DNA of 64,000 nt, from the NCBI GenBank assembly GCA_040766775.1, contig JAXGPT010000003.1, positions 30,098 through 94,097 on the forward strand, written 5' to 3'. Below the pieces are notes generated by a model. The model was given only the letters and a program-made list of their open reading frames with translations, searched no databases and was not told the origin of the DNA. Positions 11,385-22,807 of this stretch are shown in pieces (positions within the stretch are counted from its first letter, which is position 1; the number at the start of each line of letters is the position of its first letter). Made by a program: the position numbers and the translations under genes. The stretch comes from Bacillota bacterium. Lineage in GTDB: Bacteria > Bacillota > Clostridia > Ch29.

Positions 11385-11753
11385 ATGATACAATCTGAAT
11401 CCCGTCTTAGGGTGGCGGACAATTCCGGAGCCAAGGAATTGCTTTGCATAAAGGTCCTTGGGGGTTCAAGGAAAAGGTACGCCAATGTGGGCGATATTAT
11501 AGTTGCCACCGTTAAAGATGCAACGCCCGGCGGTGTTGTGAAGAAGGGGGACGTTGTAAAAGCGGTGGTGGTTAGGACCACAAGGGGAGTTAAGAGGATT
11601 GACGGAAGCGTTATAAAATTCGACGAGAACGCTGCGGTTATTATAAGAGAAGACAAGCAACCGAGGGGAACAAGGATATTTGGCCCCGTTGCCAGGGAGC
11701 TTAGGGAAAAGGATTTCATGAAAATTATCTCTCTTGCACCTGAAGTTCTTTAA
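11385..11753 (+). CDS. rplN: 50S ribosomal protein L14
   Basis: 122 aa: [28 protein letters not shown]. Confidence 0.97.
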   Translation: MIQSESRLRVADNSGAKELLCIKVLGGSRKRYANVGDIIVATVKDATPGGVVKKGDVVKAVVVRTTRGVKRIDGSVIKFDENAAVIIREDKQPRGTRIFGPVARELREKDFMKIISLAPEVL

Positions 11754-11770
11754 CGAAGGAGGTGGCTGTT

Positions 11771-12103
11771 TTGAAAGGCAAAGCAAAAATGCATGTAAAA
11801 AAAGGGGATACGGTTGAACTGGTTACCGGAAAAGATAAAGGAAAAAGAGGCAAAGTCCTGACAGCCTTCCCAAAGGCCAATCGTGTCATAGTCGAGGGAG
11901 TAAATATGCTGACAAAGCATGTAAAGCCCACCCGAGAATTGCAGCAGGGGGGTATAATTCGCCAGGAGGGTCCGGTACATGTATCAAATGTACTGCTGTA
12001 CTGCCCCAAGTGTAAAAGGGGAAGAAGGACCGGTAAAAAGATATTAAAGGACGGCACCAAGGTGAGATTTTGCAAGGCCTGTGGTGAAACTCTTGATAAA
12101 TAA
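11771..12103 (+). CDS. rplX: 50S ribosomal protein L24
   Basis: KOW motif HVKKGDTVELVTGKDKGKRGKV. The start is taken as TTG 7 nt after GGAGGTG; ATG at 11789 is an alternative. Confidence 0.9.
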   Translation: MKGKAKMHVKKGDTVELVTGKDKGKRGKVLTAFPKANRVIVEGVNMLTKHVKPTRELQQGGIIRQEGPVHVSNVLLYCPKCKRGRRTGKKILKDGTKVRFCKACGETLDK

Positions 12104-12128
12104 AGAGTAGGGGAAAGGAGGTAGCAGG

Positions 12129-12668
12129 ATGTCAAGACTTTTGGACAAGTACCATAATGAAGCAGTACCTGCTCTTATGGAGAAATTCGGATACAAGAAT
12201 ATAATGGAAGTCCCGAAGGTGGAAAAGGTAATCATCAATATGAGGGTTGGCGAAGCCAAGGAAAACGCCAAGGCTTTGGAAGCGGCGGTAAACGACCTGT
12301 CGGTAATAAGCGGGCAGAAACCGGTTATCACCAGGGCAAAAAAATCCGTGGCTGCTTTTAAGATACGTACCGGAATGCCGATAGGCTGCAAGGTGACCCT
12401 TAGGGGACAAAGAATGTACGATTTTCTTGATAAGCTTTTCAATATAGCTCTCCCGAGGGTGAGGGACTTTAGGGGCATATCGCCGGATGCCTTCGACGGA
12501 AGGGGAAATTTTGCGCTGGGCATTAAAGAGCAGCTTATTTTCCCGGAAATTGATTACGATAAGATTGAAAAAATAAGGGGTATGGACGTAATAATAGTGA
12601 CAACCGGCAAAACCGACGAGGAGGCGCGGGAACTCTTAAGGATACTGGGAGTGCCCTTTAGAAAATAA
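12129..12668 (+). CDS. rplE: 50S ribosomal protein L5
   Basis: 179 aa: [30 protein letters not shown]... Confidence 0.97.
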   Translation: MSRLLDKYHNEAVPALMEKFGYKNIMEVPKVEKVIINMRVGEAKENAKALEAAVNDLSVISGQKPVITRAKKSVAAFKIRTGMPIGCKVTLRGQRMYDFLDKLFNIALPRVRDFRGISPDAFDGRGNFALGIKEQLIFPEIDYDKIEKIRGMDVIIVTTGKTDEEARELLRILGVPFRK

Positions 12669-12685
12669 TGAGGAGGTAGAAATGG

Positions 12686-12871
12686 GTGGCTAAGAAATCA
12701 ATGATAGCCAAGCAGAGAAGAAGGCCAAAGTACAGTACCAGGGCTTACAATAGATGCAAAGTATGCGGAAGGCCCCATGCATACCTTAGAAAATTCGGGA
12801 TATGCCGCGTATGTTTTAGGGAATTTGCATACAGGGGAGAAATCCCGGGTGTTAAAAAGGCCAGCTGGTAG
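12686..12871 (+). CDS. rpsN: 30S ribosomal protein S14, type Z (zinc-ribbon)
   Basis: 61 aa with GTG start and CxxC...CxxC ([20 protein letters not shown]). Confidence 0.95.
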   Translation: MAKKSMIAKQRRRPKYSTRAYNRCKVCGRPHAYLRKFGICRVCFREFAYRGEIPGVKKASW

Positions 12872-12899
12872 GGCTTTATAACGGAAGGAGGTAGAGAAT

Positions 12900-13298
12900 A
12901 TGGTTATGACTGACCCCATTGCCGATATGCTTACCCGTATTAGAAACGCGACCACTGTTAAACACAGCCAGGTGGAGATACCGGCATCCAATGTAAAAAA
13001 GGCTATTGCCAAGATACTGCTTGAAGAAGGTTTTATTAAAGGGTACGAAGTTAAAGAGGACGGAAAGCAGGGGATAATAAAAATTGAACTGAAATATACC
13101 CAGGGGCAGGAAAAGGTTATAAGCGGCCTAAAAAGAATCTCCAAGCCGGGCCTAAGGGTGTATGTTAATAAGGACCAAATACCAAAGGTACTAGGAGGCC
13201 TTGGTATTGCGATAATATCCACTTCAAAGGGTATTATGACCGATGCCCAGGCGAGAAAGGAAAACGTCGGAGGAGAGGTTATCTGTTATATTTGGTAG
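12900..13298 (+). CDS. rpsH: 30S ribosomal protein S8
   Basis: 132 aa: [14 protein letters not shown]. Confidence 0.97.
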   Translation: MVMTDPIADMLTRIRNATTVKHSQVEIPASNVKKAIAKILLEEGFIKGYEVKEDGKQGIIKIELKYTQGQEKVISGLKRISKPGLRVYVNKDQIPKVLGGLGIAIISTSKGIMTDAQARKENVGGEVICYIW

Positions 13299-13316
13299 TA
13301 TACAGGAGGTGTTACA

Positions 13317-13856
13317 ATGTCCAGGATTGGCAAGTTACCCATAGAGATACCCGGCGGGGTTGAAGTGACCATAGGCGAAGGGAATCTCGTTTCGGTAAAG
13401 GGACCGCTGGGTAAAATGGAGAGAAAAATGCATAAAGACATGATAATAACGAAGGAAGGCAACAGCAGACTGGTTAAAAGGCCTTCTGACGATAAATTCC
13501 ATAAGTCCCTTCACGGGCTGACCAGGTCGCTTATCGCCAACATGGTGGATGGCGTTACAAAGGGCTACCAGAAGGTGCTTGAAATTAACGGGGTAGGGTA
13601 TAGGGCGCAAAAACAGGGCAAAAAGCTTGTTTTAAACGTCGGATACTCCCATCCGGTAGAGATGACAGACCCGGAGGGTATCACCGTTGAGGTGGAAGGA
13701 ACAAACAAGGTTCTGGTAAAGGGCATTGACAAGCAAAAGGTGGGGAATTATGCCGCAAAAATCAGGAGCGTAAGAGAGCCCGAGCCATACAAGGGTAAGG
13801 GTATCAAATACGATTACGAGCATATTAGACGCAAGGTTGGCAAGACCGGCAAATAG
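13317..13856 (+). CDS. rplF: 50S ribosomal protein L6
   Basis: 179 aa: [17 protein letters not shown]. Confidence 0.97.
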   Translation: MSRIGKLPIEIPGGVEVTIGEGNLVSVKGPLGKMERKMHKDMIITKEGNSRLVKRPSDDKFHKSLHGLTRSLIANMVDGVTKGYQKVLEINGVGYRAQKQGKKLVLNVGYSHPVEMTDPEGITVEVEGTNKVLVKGIDKQKVGNYAAKIRSVREPEPYKGKGIKYDYEHIRRKVGKTGK

Positions 13857-13877
13857 GTAGGAAGGGAGAGAGCTATC

Positions 13878-14246
13878 TTGTTTAAGAAGATGATAAGAAA
13901 CGAGGCTCGGCAGAAGAGGCACAGGGTGGTCAGAAACAAAATCCACGGCAGTGCCGAAAGACCCCGCCTGAACGTATATAGAAGTCTTAACCATATCTAC
14001 GCCCAGCTAATAGACGATGATGCCGGTGTTACGCTGCTGGCGGCTTCCACGCTGGATAAGGAAGTAAAGGCGGAAGTGGGAAAGAGCTATAACCTGGATG
14101 CGGCGAAGGTGGTAGGCAAAGTTATAGCCCGTAGGGCGCTGGAAAAAGGGATAAAGAATGTTGTTTTCGACAGGGGCGGGTACAAATATCACGGAAAGAT
14201 TAAAGCCCTGGCGGATGCTGCCAGGGAGACCGGCCTAAACTTCTAG
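13878..14246 (+). CDS. rplR: 50S ribosomal protein L18
   Basis: 122 aa with TTG start: [33 protein letters not shown]. Confidence 0.96.
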   Translation: MFKKMIRNEARQKRHRVVRNKIHGSAERPRLNVYRSLNHIYAQLIDDDAGVTLLAASTLDKEVKAEVGKSYNLDAAKVVGKVIARRALEKGIKNVVFDRGGYKYHGKIKALADAARETGLNF

Positions 14247-14263
14247 GATAAGGAGGGAGATAG

Positions 14264-14776
14264 ATGCAAAACAAGGAAAAACATTCCGAACAGTCAAAGC
14301 CGGACCTTGTGGAAAAGGTTGTCTATATAGGAAGGGTTGCCAAGGTTGTTAAGGGCGGAAGAAACTTCAGGTTCAGCGCATTGGTGGTTGTGGGCGACCA
14401 AAACGGAAAGGTAGGCGTAGGGTCCGGGAAAGCGGTGGAAGTTCCCGAGGCCATCAGGAAGGCCATAGAAGAAGCTAAAAGGTATATGGTAAGAGTCCCT
14501 ATGGTGGGCACTACAATACCCCACGAAGTGATAGGCCGGTTCGGAGCGGGCAAAGTGATACTTATGCCGGCCAAGGAAGGTACCGGAATAATCGCAGGGG
14601 GCCCGGTCAGGGCGGTGCTTGAGTGTGCCGGCGTCAGGGACATAAGGGCCAAATCCCTCGGTTCCAACAATCCCAGAAACATGGTTAACGCTACCATGGA
14701 GGGCATCAGGCAGTTAAAAACCGCAGAACAGGTTGCCAGGCTGAGGGGAAAAACTGTGGAAGAGATTCTGGGTTAG
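14264..14776 (+). CDS. rpsE: 30S ribosomal protein S5
   Basis: 170 aa: [22 protein letters not shown]. Confidence 0.97.
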   Translation: MQNKEKHSEQSKPDLVEKVVYIGRVAKVVKGGRNFRFSALVVVGDQNGKVGVGSGKAVEVPEAIRKAIEEAKRYMVRVPMVGTTIPHEVIGRFGAGKVILMPAKEGTGIIAGGPVRAVLECAGVRDIRAKSLGSNNPRNMVNATMEGIRQLKTAEQVARLRGKTVEEILG

Positions 14777-14789
14777 GAGGGAGTAAGTT

Positions 14790-14972
14790 TTGGCTAAGTT
14801 AAGGATTAAACTTGTAAGAAGTGTAATCGGCAGCAAGAAGGACCAAAAATCGACAGTAGAGGCCCTTGGCCTTAGGAAGATATCCCAGGTGGTGGAGAAA
14901 AACGATACGCCCGAGATAAGGGGCATGATAAACAAGGTAAGGCACCTGGTGGAAGTGGAAGAAGTTAACTAA
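14790..14972 (+). CDS. rpmD: 50S ribosomal protein L30
   Basis: 60 aa with TTG start: [29 protein letters not shown]. Confidence 0.95.
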   Translation: MAKLRIKLVRSVIGSKKDQKSTVEALGLRKISQVVEKNDTPEIRGMINKVRHLVEVEEVN

Positions 14973-14985
14973 AGGAGGTGTCGTC

Positions 14986-15424
14986 ATGAAGTTGCACGAG
15001 CTTAAACCTGCACAGGGCGCAAAAAAGAAAGCCAAAAGGGTGGGCAGGGGCATAAGTTCCGGGCACGGCAAGACCGCCGGCAGGGGACATAAAGGACAAA
15101 AGCCCGTTCAGGCGGCGGTGTGAGACCCGGTTTTGAGGAGGCCAGATGCCGCTGCAGAGGAGGATACCAAAGCGAGGGTTTACAAATATTTTCAAAAAGG
15201 AATATTCGGTGGTAAATTTGGATAGGCTCAATATGTTCGAAGAAGGCTCGGTAATAACGCCGGAACTCCTGGTACAGGAAGGCGTAATCAAAGGAACCGG
15301 CCGGCGGATAAAAGTGCTGGGGGACGGCGAGATTGACAGGGCTCTTACGGTGAGGGCGCACAAATTCAGCAAAGCGGCCGCAGAGCGTATAGAGGCTGCG
15401 GGGGGAAAGGCTGAGGTGATATAG
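14986..15424 (+). pseudogene. rplO: 50S ribosomal protein L15, two 1-nt deletions within ~40 nt (probable assembly indels)
   Basis: [39 protein letters not shown], then TGA at 15121. The rest ([14 protein letters not shown]...) is in another frame from 15146. G missing at ~15102 (AAG-CCC for AAG GCC C) and at ~15137 (GAGGAGG for GAGGGAGG). Confidence 0.88.
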
Positions 15425-15425
15425 G

Positions 15426-16682
15426 GTGATACAAACGCTGAGAAATGCATGGAAGATACCTGATTTGAGAAGAAGGATTCTCTTTACCGTAGCCATGCTG
15501 ATAGTTTTCAGGGTAGGCGCTTTTATTCCGGTGCCGGGAATAAACATTGCGGTTATCAAGGATATAGTCCAAAAAGGAGGGCTGCTGGGCTTCTTCGATG
15601 TGGTATCGGGAGGGGCTTTCAGCAATTTTACAATATTTGCTCTCAGCATCACTCCCTATATAACGGCATCCATCATTATGAATCTACTCACCATTGCCAT
15701 TCCCAAGCTGGAGGAACTGGCAAAAGAGGGAGAAGAGGGGCGCAAAAAAATCGCGCAGTACACGAGATACGGCACGGTGGTGCTGGCCCTTGTGCAGAGT
15801 ATAGGCTTAAGCCTTGGTATGCGGGGCGCCCTTTACAGCGCTACACCCATAAATGTAACAATAGTTGCCTTGACCCTTACAGCTGGAACGGCATTCCTTA
15901 TGTGGCTGGGTGAGCAGATTACCGACAAGGGTATAGGGAACGGTATTTCGCTTCTTATATTTGCAGGAATTATTTCCAGGCTTCCCGATGGTATTGTGAC
16001 CATTTACCAGTACTACAGGGTGGGCACAACGAACATAGTAGAACTGGTGCTGTTTGCCATCGGAGCGGTGTTGATCATTGCCGGTGTTGTGGCCATACAG
16101 GAAGGACAGAGGAGAATACCGGTCCAGTACGCAAAAAGGGTCGTGGGAAGGAAAATGTACGGCGGACAAAGCACCCATATACCGATAAAGATTAACCAGG
16201 CTGGGGTTATACCGGTAATATTTGCTTCATCGCTTTTGGCTTTCCCTCAAACCATAGGGGCATTTTTCCCGGAGAGCGGGTTCAACAGGTTTATGGAAAG
16301 GTATTTTGCGTGGGGCGGGTTTTCCCACACCCTGTTCACCGCGCTTTTAATAGTGTTCTTTACCTATTTCTATACGGCTGTAACCTTTAACCCGATGGAA
16401 GTGGCAAACAACCTGAGAAAGTACGGCGGGTTTATTCCGGGGATAAGGCCGGGCAAGCCTACCAGCGACTATATCAGTAAAGTGTTAAACAGGATTACAT
16501 TGGTGGGAGCCTTCTTCCTGGTTGTGATAGTGGTTATACCGGTAATACTTATGAGGTTTACCGGTCTTAAGATATACTTTGGGGGAACAGCCCTGCTGAT
16601 CGTGGTGGGCGTGGCTCTGGAGACCATGAAGCAGATAGAGGCCCAAATGCTCATGAGGCACTACCAGGGATTTCTTAAATAG
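15426..16682 (+). CDS. secY: preprotein translocase subunit SecY
   Basis: 418 aa, multi-pass membrane protein, in the canonical rplO-secY-adk position. Confidence 0.97.
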   Translation: MIQTLRNAWKIPDLRRRILFTVAMLIVFRVGAFIPVPGINIAVIKDIVQKGGLLGFFDVVSGGAFSNFTIFALSITPYITASIIMNLLTIAIPKLEELAKEGEEGRKKIAQYTRYGTVVLALVQSIGLSLGMRGALYSATPINVTIVALTLTAGTAFLMWLGEQITDKGIGNGISLLIFAGIISRLPDGIVTIYQYYRVGTTNIVELVLFAIGAVLIIAGVVAIQEGQRRIPVQYAKRVVGRKMYGGQSTHIPIKINQAGVIPVIFASSLLAFPQTIGAFFPESGFNRFMERYFAWGGFSHTLFTALLIVFFTYFYTAVTFNPMEVANNLRKYGGFIPGIRPGKPTSDYISKVLNRITLVGAFFLVVIVVIPVILMRFTGLKIYFGGTALLIVVGVALETMKQIEAQMLMRHYQGFLK

Positions 16683-16685
16683 GAG

Positions 16686-17339
16686 ATGATGGTGTTGCGT
16701 TTGGTAATTATGGGGCCGCCGGGGGCCGGCAAGGGGACCCAGGCAGCCATGATAGCAGACAGATATTCAATACCGCATGTATCCACCGGAGATATTTTCC
16801 GCAAAAACCTGAAGGAAGGTACTCCGCTGGGGCTGAAGGTAAAGGAGTATATGAACAGGGGGTTGCTGGTGCCGGACGAAACGGTGGTGGAGATAATAAA
16901 GGATCGCTTGAGCGAAGAGGACTGCAGGGAAGGCTTCTTGCTCGACGGGTTTCCCAGGACCGTTGCCCAGGCCGACGCATTGGACCAGGTACTGGAAGAG
17001 ATGAATATGGCACTTGACCATGTTATCAACATAGATGTGGCAAAGGAAGTGCTGATAGAGAGGGCAGTGGGTAGGAGGGTATGTAAAAAGTGCGGGACTA
17101 CCTACCATGTGAAGTATAACAGCCCGTCCCGCCCCGGGTTGTGCGATGAGTGCGGCGGCGAGCTTATCCAGAGGGATGACGACAAAGAGGAAACGGTGAC
17201 AAAAAGGATAGAGGTGTACCTTGAACAGACCAAGCCCCTTATCAACTACTATGCTGGCAAAGGACTGCTGTTGAGTATTGACGGCGGGCAGGATATAGCA
17301 GAGGTTGGAGAGCAAATCGTAAAGGCTCTTGAGATATAA
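16686..17339 (+). CDS. adk: adenylate kinase (zinc-lid type)
   Basis: GPPGAGKGTQA P-loop, with lid CKKCG...CDECGG. Confidence 0.96.
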   Translation: MMVLRLVIMGPPGAGKGTQAAMIADRYSIPHVSTGDIFRKNLKEGTPLGLKVKEYMNRGLLVPDETVVEIIKDRLSEEDCREGFLLDGFPRTVAQADALDQVLEEMNMALDHVINIDVAKEVLIERAVGRRVCKKCGTTYHVKYNSPSRPGLCDECGGELIQRDDDKEETVTKRIEVYLEQTKPLINYYAGKGLLLSIDGGQDIAEVGEQIVKALEI

Positions 17340-17489
17340 GCAAACAGTTTTTACAAGCAGCTGCCGGAAGGCCGGGCCACGGCCGTTTGATAGCGGCATG
17401 TTGCTTGAACGCAAGCAAAGCATGAAACCGGTGACAGCCCCCGGATACTTGCTCAAACCTAAAGGAAGGTTGACGGAGGTGAATGGGGT

Positions 17490-17762
17490 ATGGAAAAAGG
17501 GGGAATAGCCCTGGGCCAGGTTGTTAGGTCCAAAGCCGGTAGGGACAGGGATAAAGTTTTTGTGGTGGTGGGTTTTGAAGGCGAACAGTACCTGCGTATA
17601 GCCGACGGCGACCTTCGCAAGGTTGACAAGCCCAAGAAAAAGAAGATAAAACACCTGGCAAAGACCGGTATAGTGCTGCAGGAAGTTGCTGAAAAGCTTA
17701 AGAGCGGAAAAAAGGTCACCAATGCGGAGCTGAGAAAGAGCCTTGAAAACCTTGGGAGTTGA
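17490..17762 (+). CDS. KOW domain-containing RNA-binding protein
   Basis: 90 aa: [21 protein letters not shown] small conserved ORF commonly found upstream of infA in Firmicutes. Confidence 0.75.
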   Translation: MEKGGIALGQVVRSKAGRDRDKVFVVVGFEGEQYLRIADGDLRKVDKPKKKKIKHLAKTGIVLQEVAEKLKSGKKVTNAELRKSLENLGS

Positions 17763-17794
17763 TAGGATTCGGTGAATGGAGGTATGAACACCTT

Positions 17795-18017
17795 ATGGCG
17801 AAGAAGGATGTTATAGAAGTGGAAGGTAAGGTCACGGAGGCGCTGCCAAACGCAATGTTTCATGTAGAGCTGGAGAACGGGCACAGGATTTTAGCCCATG
17901 TATCCGGAAAACTAAAGGATGCACTATATTAGGATTTTACCCGGTGACCGGGTAACGGTAGAACTGTCTCCCTACGACCTTACACGGGGTAGAATTGTAT
18001 GGAGAGGCAAAAGCTAA
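17795..18017 (+). pseudogene. infA: translation initiation factor IF-1, single 1-nt insertion (AAA run 17914-17916)
   Basis: [40 protein letters not shown], then frame shift and TAG at 17930. Removing one A restores [33 protein letters not shown]. Length is 223 nt (3n+1). Confidence 0.9.
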
Positions 18018-18029
18018 GGAGGTATTATG

Positions 18030-18143
18030 ATGAAGGTAAAACCGTCCGTCAAGCCGATATGCGAAAAATGTAAAATAATTAAAAGAAAAGGCAGAGTAAT
18101 GATAATCTGTGAAAATCCCAAGCACAAACAAAAACAGGGATAA
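18030..18143 (+). CDS. rpmJ: 50S ribosomal protein L36
   Basis: 37-codon ORF below the ORF-track cutoff: [37 protein letters not shown]. Confidence 0.95.
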   Translation: MKVKPSVKPICEKCKIIKRKGRVMIICENPKHKQKQG

Positions 18144-18169
18144 TGGAATACGGGAGGTGTGGTTATTAG

Positions 18170-18541
18170 ATGGCGAGGATTGCTGGTATTGACTTACCCA
18201 GGGACAAGAGAATAGAAATCGGGCTTACTTATATATACGGCATCGGCAGGGCCAGGTCACAAAAAATACTCGAGCAGGCGGGAGTAAACCCCGATACAAG
18301 GGTAAAAGACCTGACCGAAGCGGAAATAAGCAGGCTGAGGGAAGTAATCGACAAGCAGTACAAGGTGGAAGGGGACCTTAGAAGAGAAGTCAGCATGAAC
18401 ATTAAACGTCTAATAGACATCGGGTCCTACAGGGGACTGCGCCACAGGAGAGGCCTGCCGGTGCGGGGACAAACCACCAAGAATAATGCAAGAACCAGAA
18501 AGGGTCCCAAACGAACCGTAGGCGTAAGACGCAAGAAATAA
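18170..18541 (+). CDS. rpsM: 30S ribosomal protein S13
   Basis: 123 aa: [26 protein letters not shown]. Confidence 0.97.
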   Translation: MARIAGIDLPRDKRIEIGLTYIYGIGRARSQKILEQAGVNPDTRVKDLTEAEISRLREVIDKQYKVEGDLRREVSMNIKRLIDIGSYRGLRHRRGLPVRGQTTKNNARTRKGPKRTVGVRRKK

Positions 18542-18572
18542 GGCATAACCCTATGTGAAGGAGGTAAAATGA

Positions 18573-18965
18573 ATGGCAGCAAGGCCAAGAAGGAGAACAA
18601 AAAGACGCGAAAAGAAAAACATCGAGCGCGGCCAGGCTCATATTAAGTCAACTTTTAACAATACAATTGTAACTTTGACTGACCTGCACGGAAATGCATT
18701 ATCCTGGGCGAGTGCCGGAAAGCTGGGGTTCAAGGGTTCGAGGAAGTCCACTCCCTTTGCCGCCCAGATGGCGGCGGAAGCGGCGGCCAAGGACGCAATG
18801 GAGCACGGCTTAAGGAGCGTGGAGGTCTATGTGAAAGGCCCCGGCTCAGGGCGAGAAGCGGCCATAAGGGCGCTCCAGGCTGCCGGATTGGAAGTTAACC
18901 TTATAAAGGACCTTACTCCGGTGCCCCATAACGGGTGCAGGCCACCAAAAAGAAGACGGGTTTAA
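18573..18965 (+). CDS. rpsK: 30S ribosomal protein S11
   Basis: 130 aa: [25 protein letters not shown]. Confidence 0.97.
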   Translation: MAARPRRRTKRREKKNIERGQAHIKSTFNNTIVTLTDLHGNALSWASAGKLGFKGSRKSTPFAAQMAAEAAAKDAMEHGLRSVEVYVKGPGSGREAAIRALQAAGLEVNLIKDLTPVPHNGCRPPKRRRV

Positions 18966-18992
18966 ACAAATAGCGGGAGGTGTAAGAAACTT

Positions 18993-19618
18993 ATGGCTAG
19001 ATATACAGGGCCGGTATGCAGGCTGTGCCGCAGGGAAGGCATGAAACTCTACCTAAAGGGTGACAGGTGTTATTCGGATAAATGCGCCATTGACCGAAGG
19101 TCCTATGTGCCCGGACAGCATGGGCAGGGCAGGAAAAAGGTTTCGGGCTACGGGATACAGCTTCGGGAAAAGCAAAAGGCAAAGAGATATTACGGAGTAA
19201 TGGAAAGCCAGTTCAGGAAATACTTTAATATGGCAGAGAGAATGAAGGGTGTAACCGGCGAGAACCTGCTTTCGATATTGGAATCCAGGCTGGACAACTT
19301 GGTTTACAGGATTGGCCTCGGAGAATCAGGGAAAGAAGCTCAGGCAGCTTGTAAGGCACGGGCATTTCCTGGTTAACGGCAAAAAGGTCGATATTACCGT
19401 CCTACCTGGCGAAGGTTGGGGATGTTGTGGAAGTGAAGGAGAGCAGCAGGAACAGCGAAAAATTCAAGCAACTGGTTGAGAATAACCAAAGGGTTGCCCC
19501 CGATTGGCTGGAAGTTGACATGGAAAAGATGAGAGCAAGAGTTGTCGGCGTGCCGAAGAAAGAGCATATAGATATACCGATTGAAGAACACCTTATAGTA
19601 GAGCTTTACTCCAGATAA
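18993..19618 (+). pseudogene. rpsD: 30S ribosomal protein S4, two 1-nt insertions (~19340 and ~19393)
   Basis: 18993-19376 reads [26 protein letters not shown]... and ends prematurely. [18 protein letters not shown] is in the next frame, and VGDVVEVKESSRNSEKFK...IVELYSR (19427-19618) in the third. Confidence 0.9.
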
Positions 19619-19683
19619 CCAATATAGCTAAAATCGGTTGCCCTCGGTTAGATTTAATAGAGTTGTTCAAGGAGGGTTAATTA

Positions 19684-20633
19684 ATGATAGAGATTGAAAA
19701 GCCCAAAGTGGAAATAGTTGAAATGAGCAGCGACAAAGCTTACGGAAAATTCGTGGTGGAGCCGCTGGAAAGGGGTTACGGGATAACCCTGGGCAATTCC
19801 TTAAGGAGGGTACTGCTTTCCTCGCTGCCGGGAGCTGCCGTGACATCCGTTAAAATAGATGGAGTGCTCCATGAGTTTTCCACGATACCGGGTGTTAAGG
19901 AAGACGTTACCGAAATAGTGTTAAACTTAAAGGCCTTAAGTGTAAAGCTGGACGGCGATGAGCCGAGGCTTGTCAGGATAGAGGCGGAAGGCGAAGGGGA
20001 AATAAAGGCCGGTGATATTATACACGGGCCGGACGTGGAAATCTTAAATCCCGATTTGCATATAGCAACCCTCAGCGCCGATGCCAGGCTTTATATGGAA
20101 ATCACCCTTGAAAAGGGAAGAGGATACGTGCCTGCCGAGAAAAATAAGGAACAGGGCCAGCCCATCGGGATAATACCCGTGGATTCCATATTCACCCCGG
20201 TGGAGAAGGCCAATTTCAAGGTTGAAAACACCAGGGTAGGGCAGATGTCACCGACTATGACAAACTGACGCTGGAAGTATGGACCGACGGCAGCATCGCC
20301 CCGGATGAGGCGGTGTCACTGGGCGCAAAAATATTGAACGAGCACCTGAATCTTTTTATTACTCTTACCGATCAGGTCAGGGACGTTGAAATAATGGTGG
20401 AAAAGGAAGAGGACAAAAAGGAAAAGGTACTTGAAATGACCATTGAGGAACTGGACCTTTCGGTTAGGTCTTACAATTGCCTGAAAAGGGCGGGAATAAA
20501 CACGGTGGAGGAGCTCACCCAAAAGACCGAGGAAGATATGATGAAGGTGCGAAACCTTGGCAAGAAGTCTCTGGAAGAAGTTCAGTCCAAGCTTGCCGAA
20601 TTGAATCTTAGTCTGAAGAAAAGCGAAGAGTAG
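19684..20633 (+). pseudogene. rpoA: DNA-directed RNA polymerase subunit alpha, single frameshift near 20248
   Basis: The N-terminal domain 19684-20268 and the remainder ([28 protein letters not shown]...C-terminal domain) 20250-20633 lie in adjacent frames. Confidence 0.9.
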
Positions 20634-20653
20634 CCAGGCAGGGAGGGAGATTT

Positions 20654-20995
20654 ATGGCGTCAAAAAGAAGACTGGGTCGGCCAACCGACCAAAGGATGTT
20701 AATGCTTAGAAACCTGGTAACCAGCCTCTTGGATAAGGGCAGGATAGTTACCACAGTCACCCGGGCCAAGGAAGCCAGGAGCCTTGCTGAAGAAATGATT
20801 ACGCTGGCTAAAAAGGGAGACCTTCACTCCAGGCGTAGGGCGTTGGCCTTTGTTACCGATGAAACGGTGGTAAAGAACTTGTTCGATAAAATAGGCCCCA
20901 AATACGCCGACAGGGAAGGAGGATACACCCGAATAGTAAAGATAGGCCCCAGGAGGGGAGACGCAGCGGAAATGGTAATCCTTGAGCTGGTCTAG
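20654..20995 (+). CDS. rplQ: 50S ribosomal protein L17
   Basis: 113 aa: [28 protein letters not shown]. Confidence 0.96.
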   Translation: MASKRRLGRPTDQRMLMLRNLVTSLLDKGRIVTTVTRAKEARSLAEEMITLAKKGDLHSRRRALAFVTDETVVKNLFDKIGPKYADREGGYTRIVKIGPRRGDAAEMVILELV

Positions 20996-21040
20996 CCGGT
21001 CCCTGTGGGAGAAAGAGGGACGCAGGGACAGGGACAAACA

Positions 21041-21057
21041 GGACAGGTCTCCTGTCC
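21041..21057 (+). repeat. GC-rich hairpin GGACAGG-tct-CCTGTCC preceded by GGGAC(A) direct repeats
   Basis: AGGGACGCAGGGACAGGGACAAACAGGACAGGTCTCCTGTCCC follows rplQ. It is a degenerate relative of the GGGGACGGTTCT hairpin family. No U-tract follows. Confidence 0.5.
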
Positions 21058-21131
21058 CGGCTGGCGGGCCGGCGGAATACCTCCGCTTTAAACAGAGTGG
21101 TGTCCTTAATTCATGTTTAAGAGGGGTTAAA

Positions 21132-21968
21132 ATGGAATATCAGGTAATAATGGAAGGCCTTTGTTTCCGTTACAGTGACCAGGAGGAAATGGTTTTAAGG
21201 GACATCAACCTGAAGGTGAAAAAGGGCGAATTTGTGGTTATAATAGGACGCAACGGCTCAGGGAAATCAACTCTGGCAAAGCATATTAACGCTTTGCTTG
21301 TTCCCTCTTTGGGGAAGGTGGAAGTAATGGGCATGGATACCCGGGACCCGGCCAAGGCCTGGGAAATAAGGCAGAGGGTGGGTATGGTGTTCCAGAACCC
21401 GGACAACCAGTTGGTTGCCGCCATCGTTGAGGAGGACGTCGCCTTTGGTCCCGAAAACCAGGGGGTTCCTGCTGCCGAGATAAGAAGAAGGGTGGATGAG
21501 GCCCTAAGGGAGGTTGGGCTGTACGAATATAGGACCCATGGCCCCCATCTCCTTTCCGGCGGTCAGAAACAAAGGATAGCAATCGCTGGGGTGCTGGCCA
21601 TGCGACCTGACTGCATAGTCCTGGACGAGGCCACCGCCATGCTGGACCCCAGGGGCAGGCAGGAATTCATGGAAGTGGTGCGGCGGCTCAACAAACAAGA
21701 AGGAAAGACCATTATCCATATTACCCATTACATGGAGGAAGCAGCAGAAGCGGACAGGGTTTTGGTAATGGACCAGGGAAGGATTGTGCTGGAAGGTACC
21801 CCGGGGGAGGTTTTTTCAAAGGCGGGCCGGCTTAAAGAACTGGGACTGGATGTCCCGGCGCTGACAGAGCTTGCTCTTAAGCTTAGAAAAAAAGGGGTGG
21901 AGCTGCCGGAGATTTTGACTGAGGATGAAATGGTGGTAGAGCTATGTCGATTGAAGTCTCAAACCTAA
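21132..21968 (+). CDS. ecfA1: energy-coupling factor transporter ATPase EcfA1
   Basis: Internal ATG ([14 protein letters not shown]) with Walker [18 protein letters not shown] and Walker B VLDEAT. The tracked ORF has a 50-codon upstream extension that is rejected. Confidence 0.92.
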   Translation: MEYQVIMEGLCFRYSDQEEMVLRDINLKVKKGEFVVIIGRNGSGKSTLAKHINALLVPSLGKVEVMGMDTRDPAKAWEIRQRVGMVFQNPDNQLVAAIVEEDVAFGPENQGVPAAEIRRRVDEALREVGLYEYRTHGPHLLSGGQKQRIAIAGVLAMRPDCIVLDEATAMLDPRGRQEFMEVVRRLNKQEGKTIIHITHYMEEAAEADRVLVMDQGRIVLEGTPGEVFSKAGRLKELGLDVPALTELALKLRKKGVELPEILTEDEMVVELCRLKSQT

Positions 21969-22807
21969 CATATACTTATATGCCCGGGACCCCGTACGAG
22001 AAGACGGCCCTTAAGCAGGTTAACCTCCGCATTGAAGAGGGGCACTTTGTCGGTATAATAGGACACACCGGCTCCGGGAAGTCCACGTTGATACAGCACT
22101 TGAACGGGCTTTTGAAACCCCGGGAGGGCAAGATAGTGGTGGACGGCAGCGACATCTGGGAAAAGGGATATAAAAGAAGCCTGGCCCGGCAGAAGGTGGG
22201 GCTGGTATTCCAATATCCCGAGTATCAGCTTTTCGAAGAGACGGTGTTCAAGGATGTGGCCTTCGGGCCCCGCAACATGGGTCTTGGTGAGAAAGAAATT
22301 TTTAACAGGGTCCGGTTTGCAATGAATATGGTAGGGTTGGACTTCGAAGCGTTGAAGGATGCAAGTCCCTTTGGACTGTCCGGCGGCCAGAAGCGAAGGA
22401 TTGCCATTGCCGGCATCTTAGCCATGAAGCCGAAATACCTTGTGCTGGACGAGCCCACGGCAGGCCTTGACCCTAGGGGAAGAAAGGAAATACTGGGACA
22501 TCTTCGCGACCTTAACAAAAAACAGGGGATTACCATAATACTGGTTTCCCACAACATGGACGAGGTCGCATGGCTGGCTGACAGGATTGTTGTAATGGAC
22601 AGGGGAAGAATCAGCCGAAGCGGCACCCCCCGGGAAGTGTTTAGTGACGGGAAGTATCTCCTGGAACAGGGGCTTGCCCTTCCCGCCATGTCATCGCTTC
22701 TGTTGCGGCTTAAAGAGAAGGGATGGGATGTGGACGGCAGCGCTTTCACGGTGGAGGACGCCGGCAGGGAAATTTTGAAAAACCTAAGGTGTGGGAACTA
22801 TGCTTAA
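21944..22807 (+). CDS. ecfA2: energy-coupling factor transporter ATPase EcfA2
   Basis: [23 protein letters not shown]. Overlaps ecfA1 by 25 nt. Confidence 0.92.
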   Translation: MSIEVSNLTYTYMPGTPYEKTALKQVNLRIEEGHFVGIIGHTGSGKSTLIQHLNGLLKPREGKIVVDGSDIWEKGYKRSLARQKVGLVFQYPEYQLFEETVFKDVAFGPRNMGLGEKEIFNRVRFAMNMVGLDFEALKDASPFGLSGGQKRRIAIAGILAMKPKYLVLDEPTAGLDPRGRKEILGHLRDLNKKQGITIILVSHNMDEVAWLADRIVVMDRGRISRSGTPREVFSDGKYLLEQGLALPAMSSLLLRLKEKGWDVDGSAFTVEDAGREILKNLRCGNYA

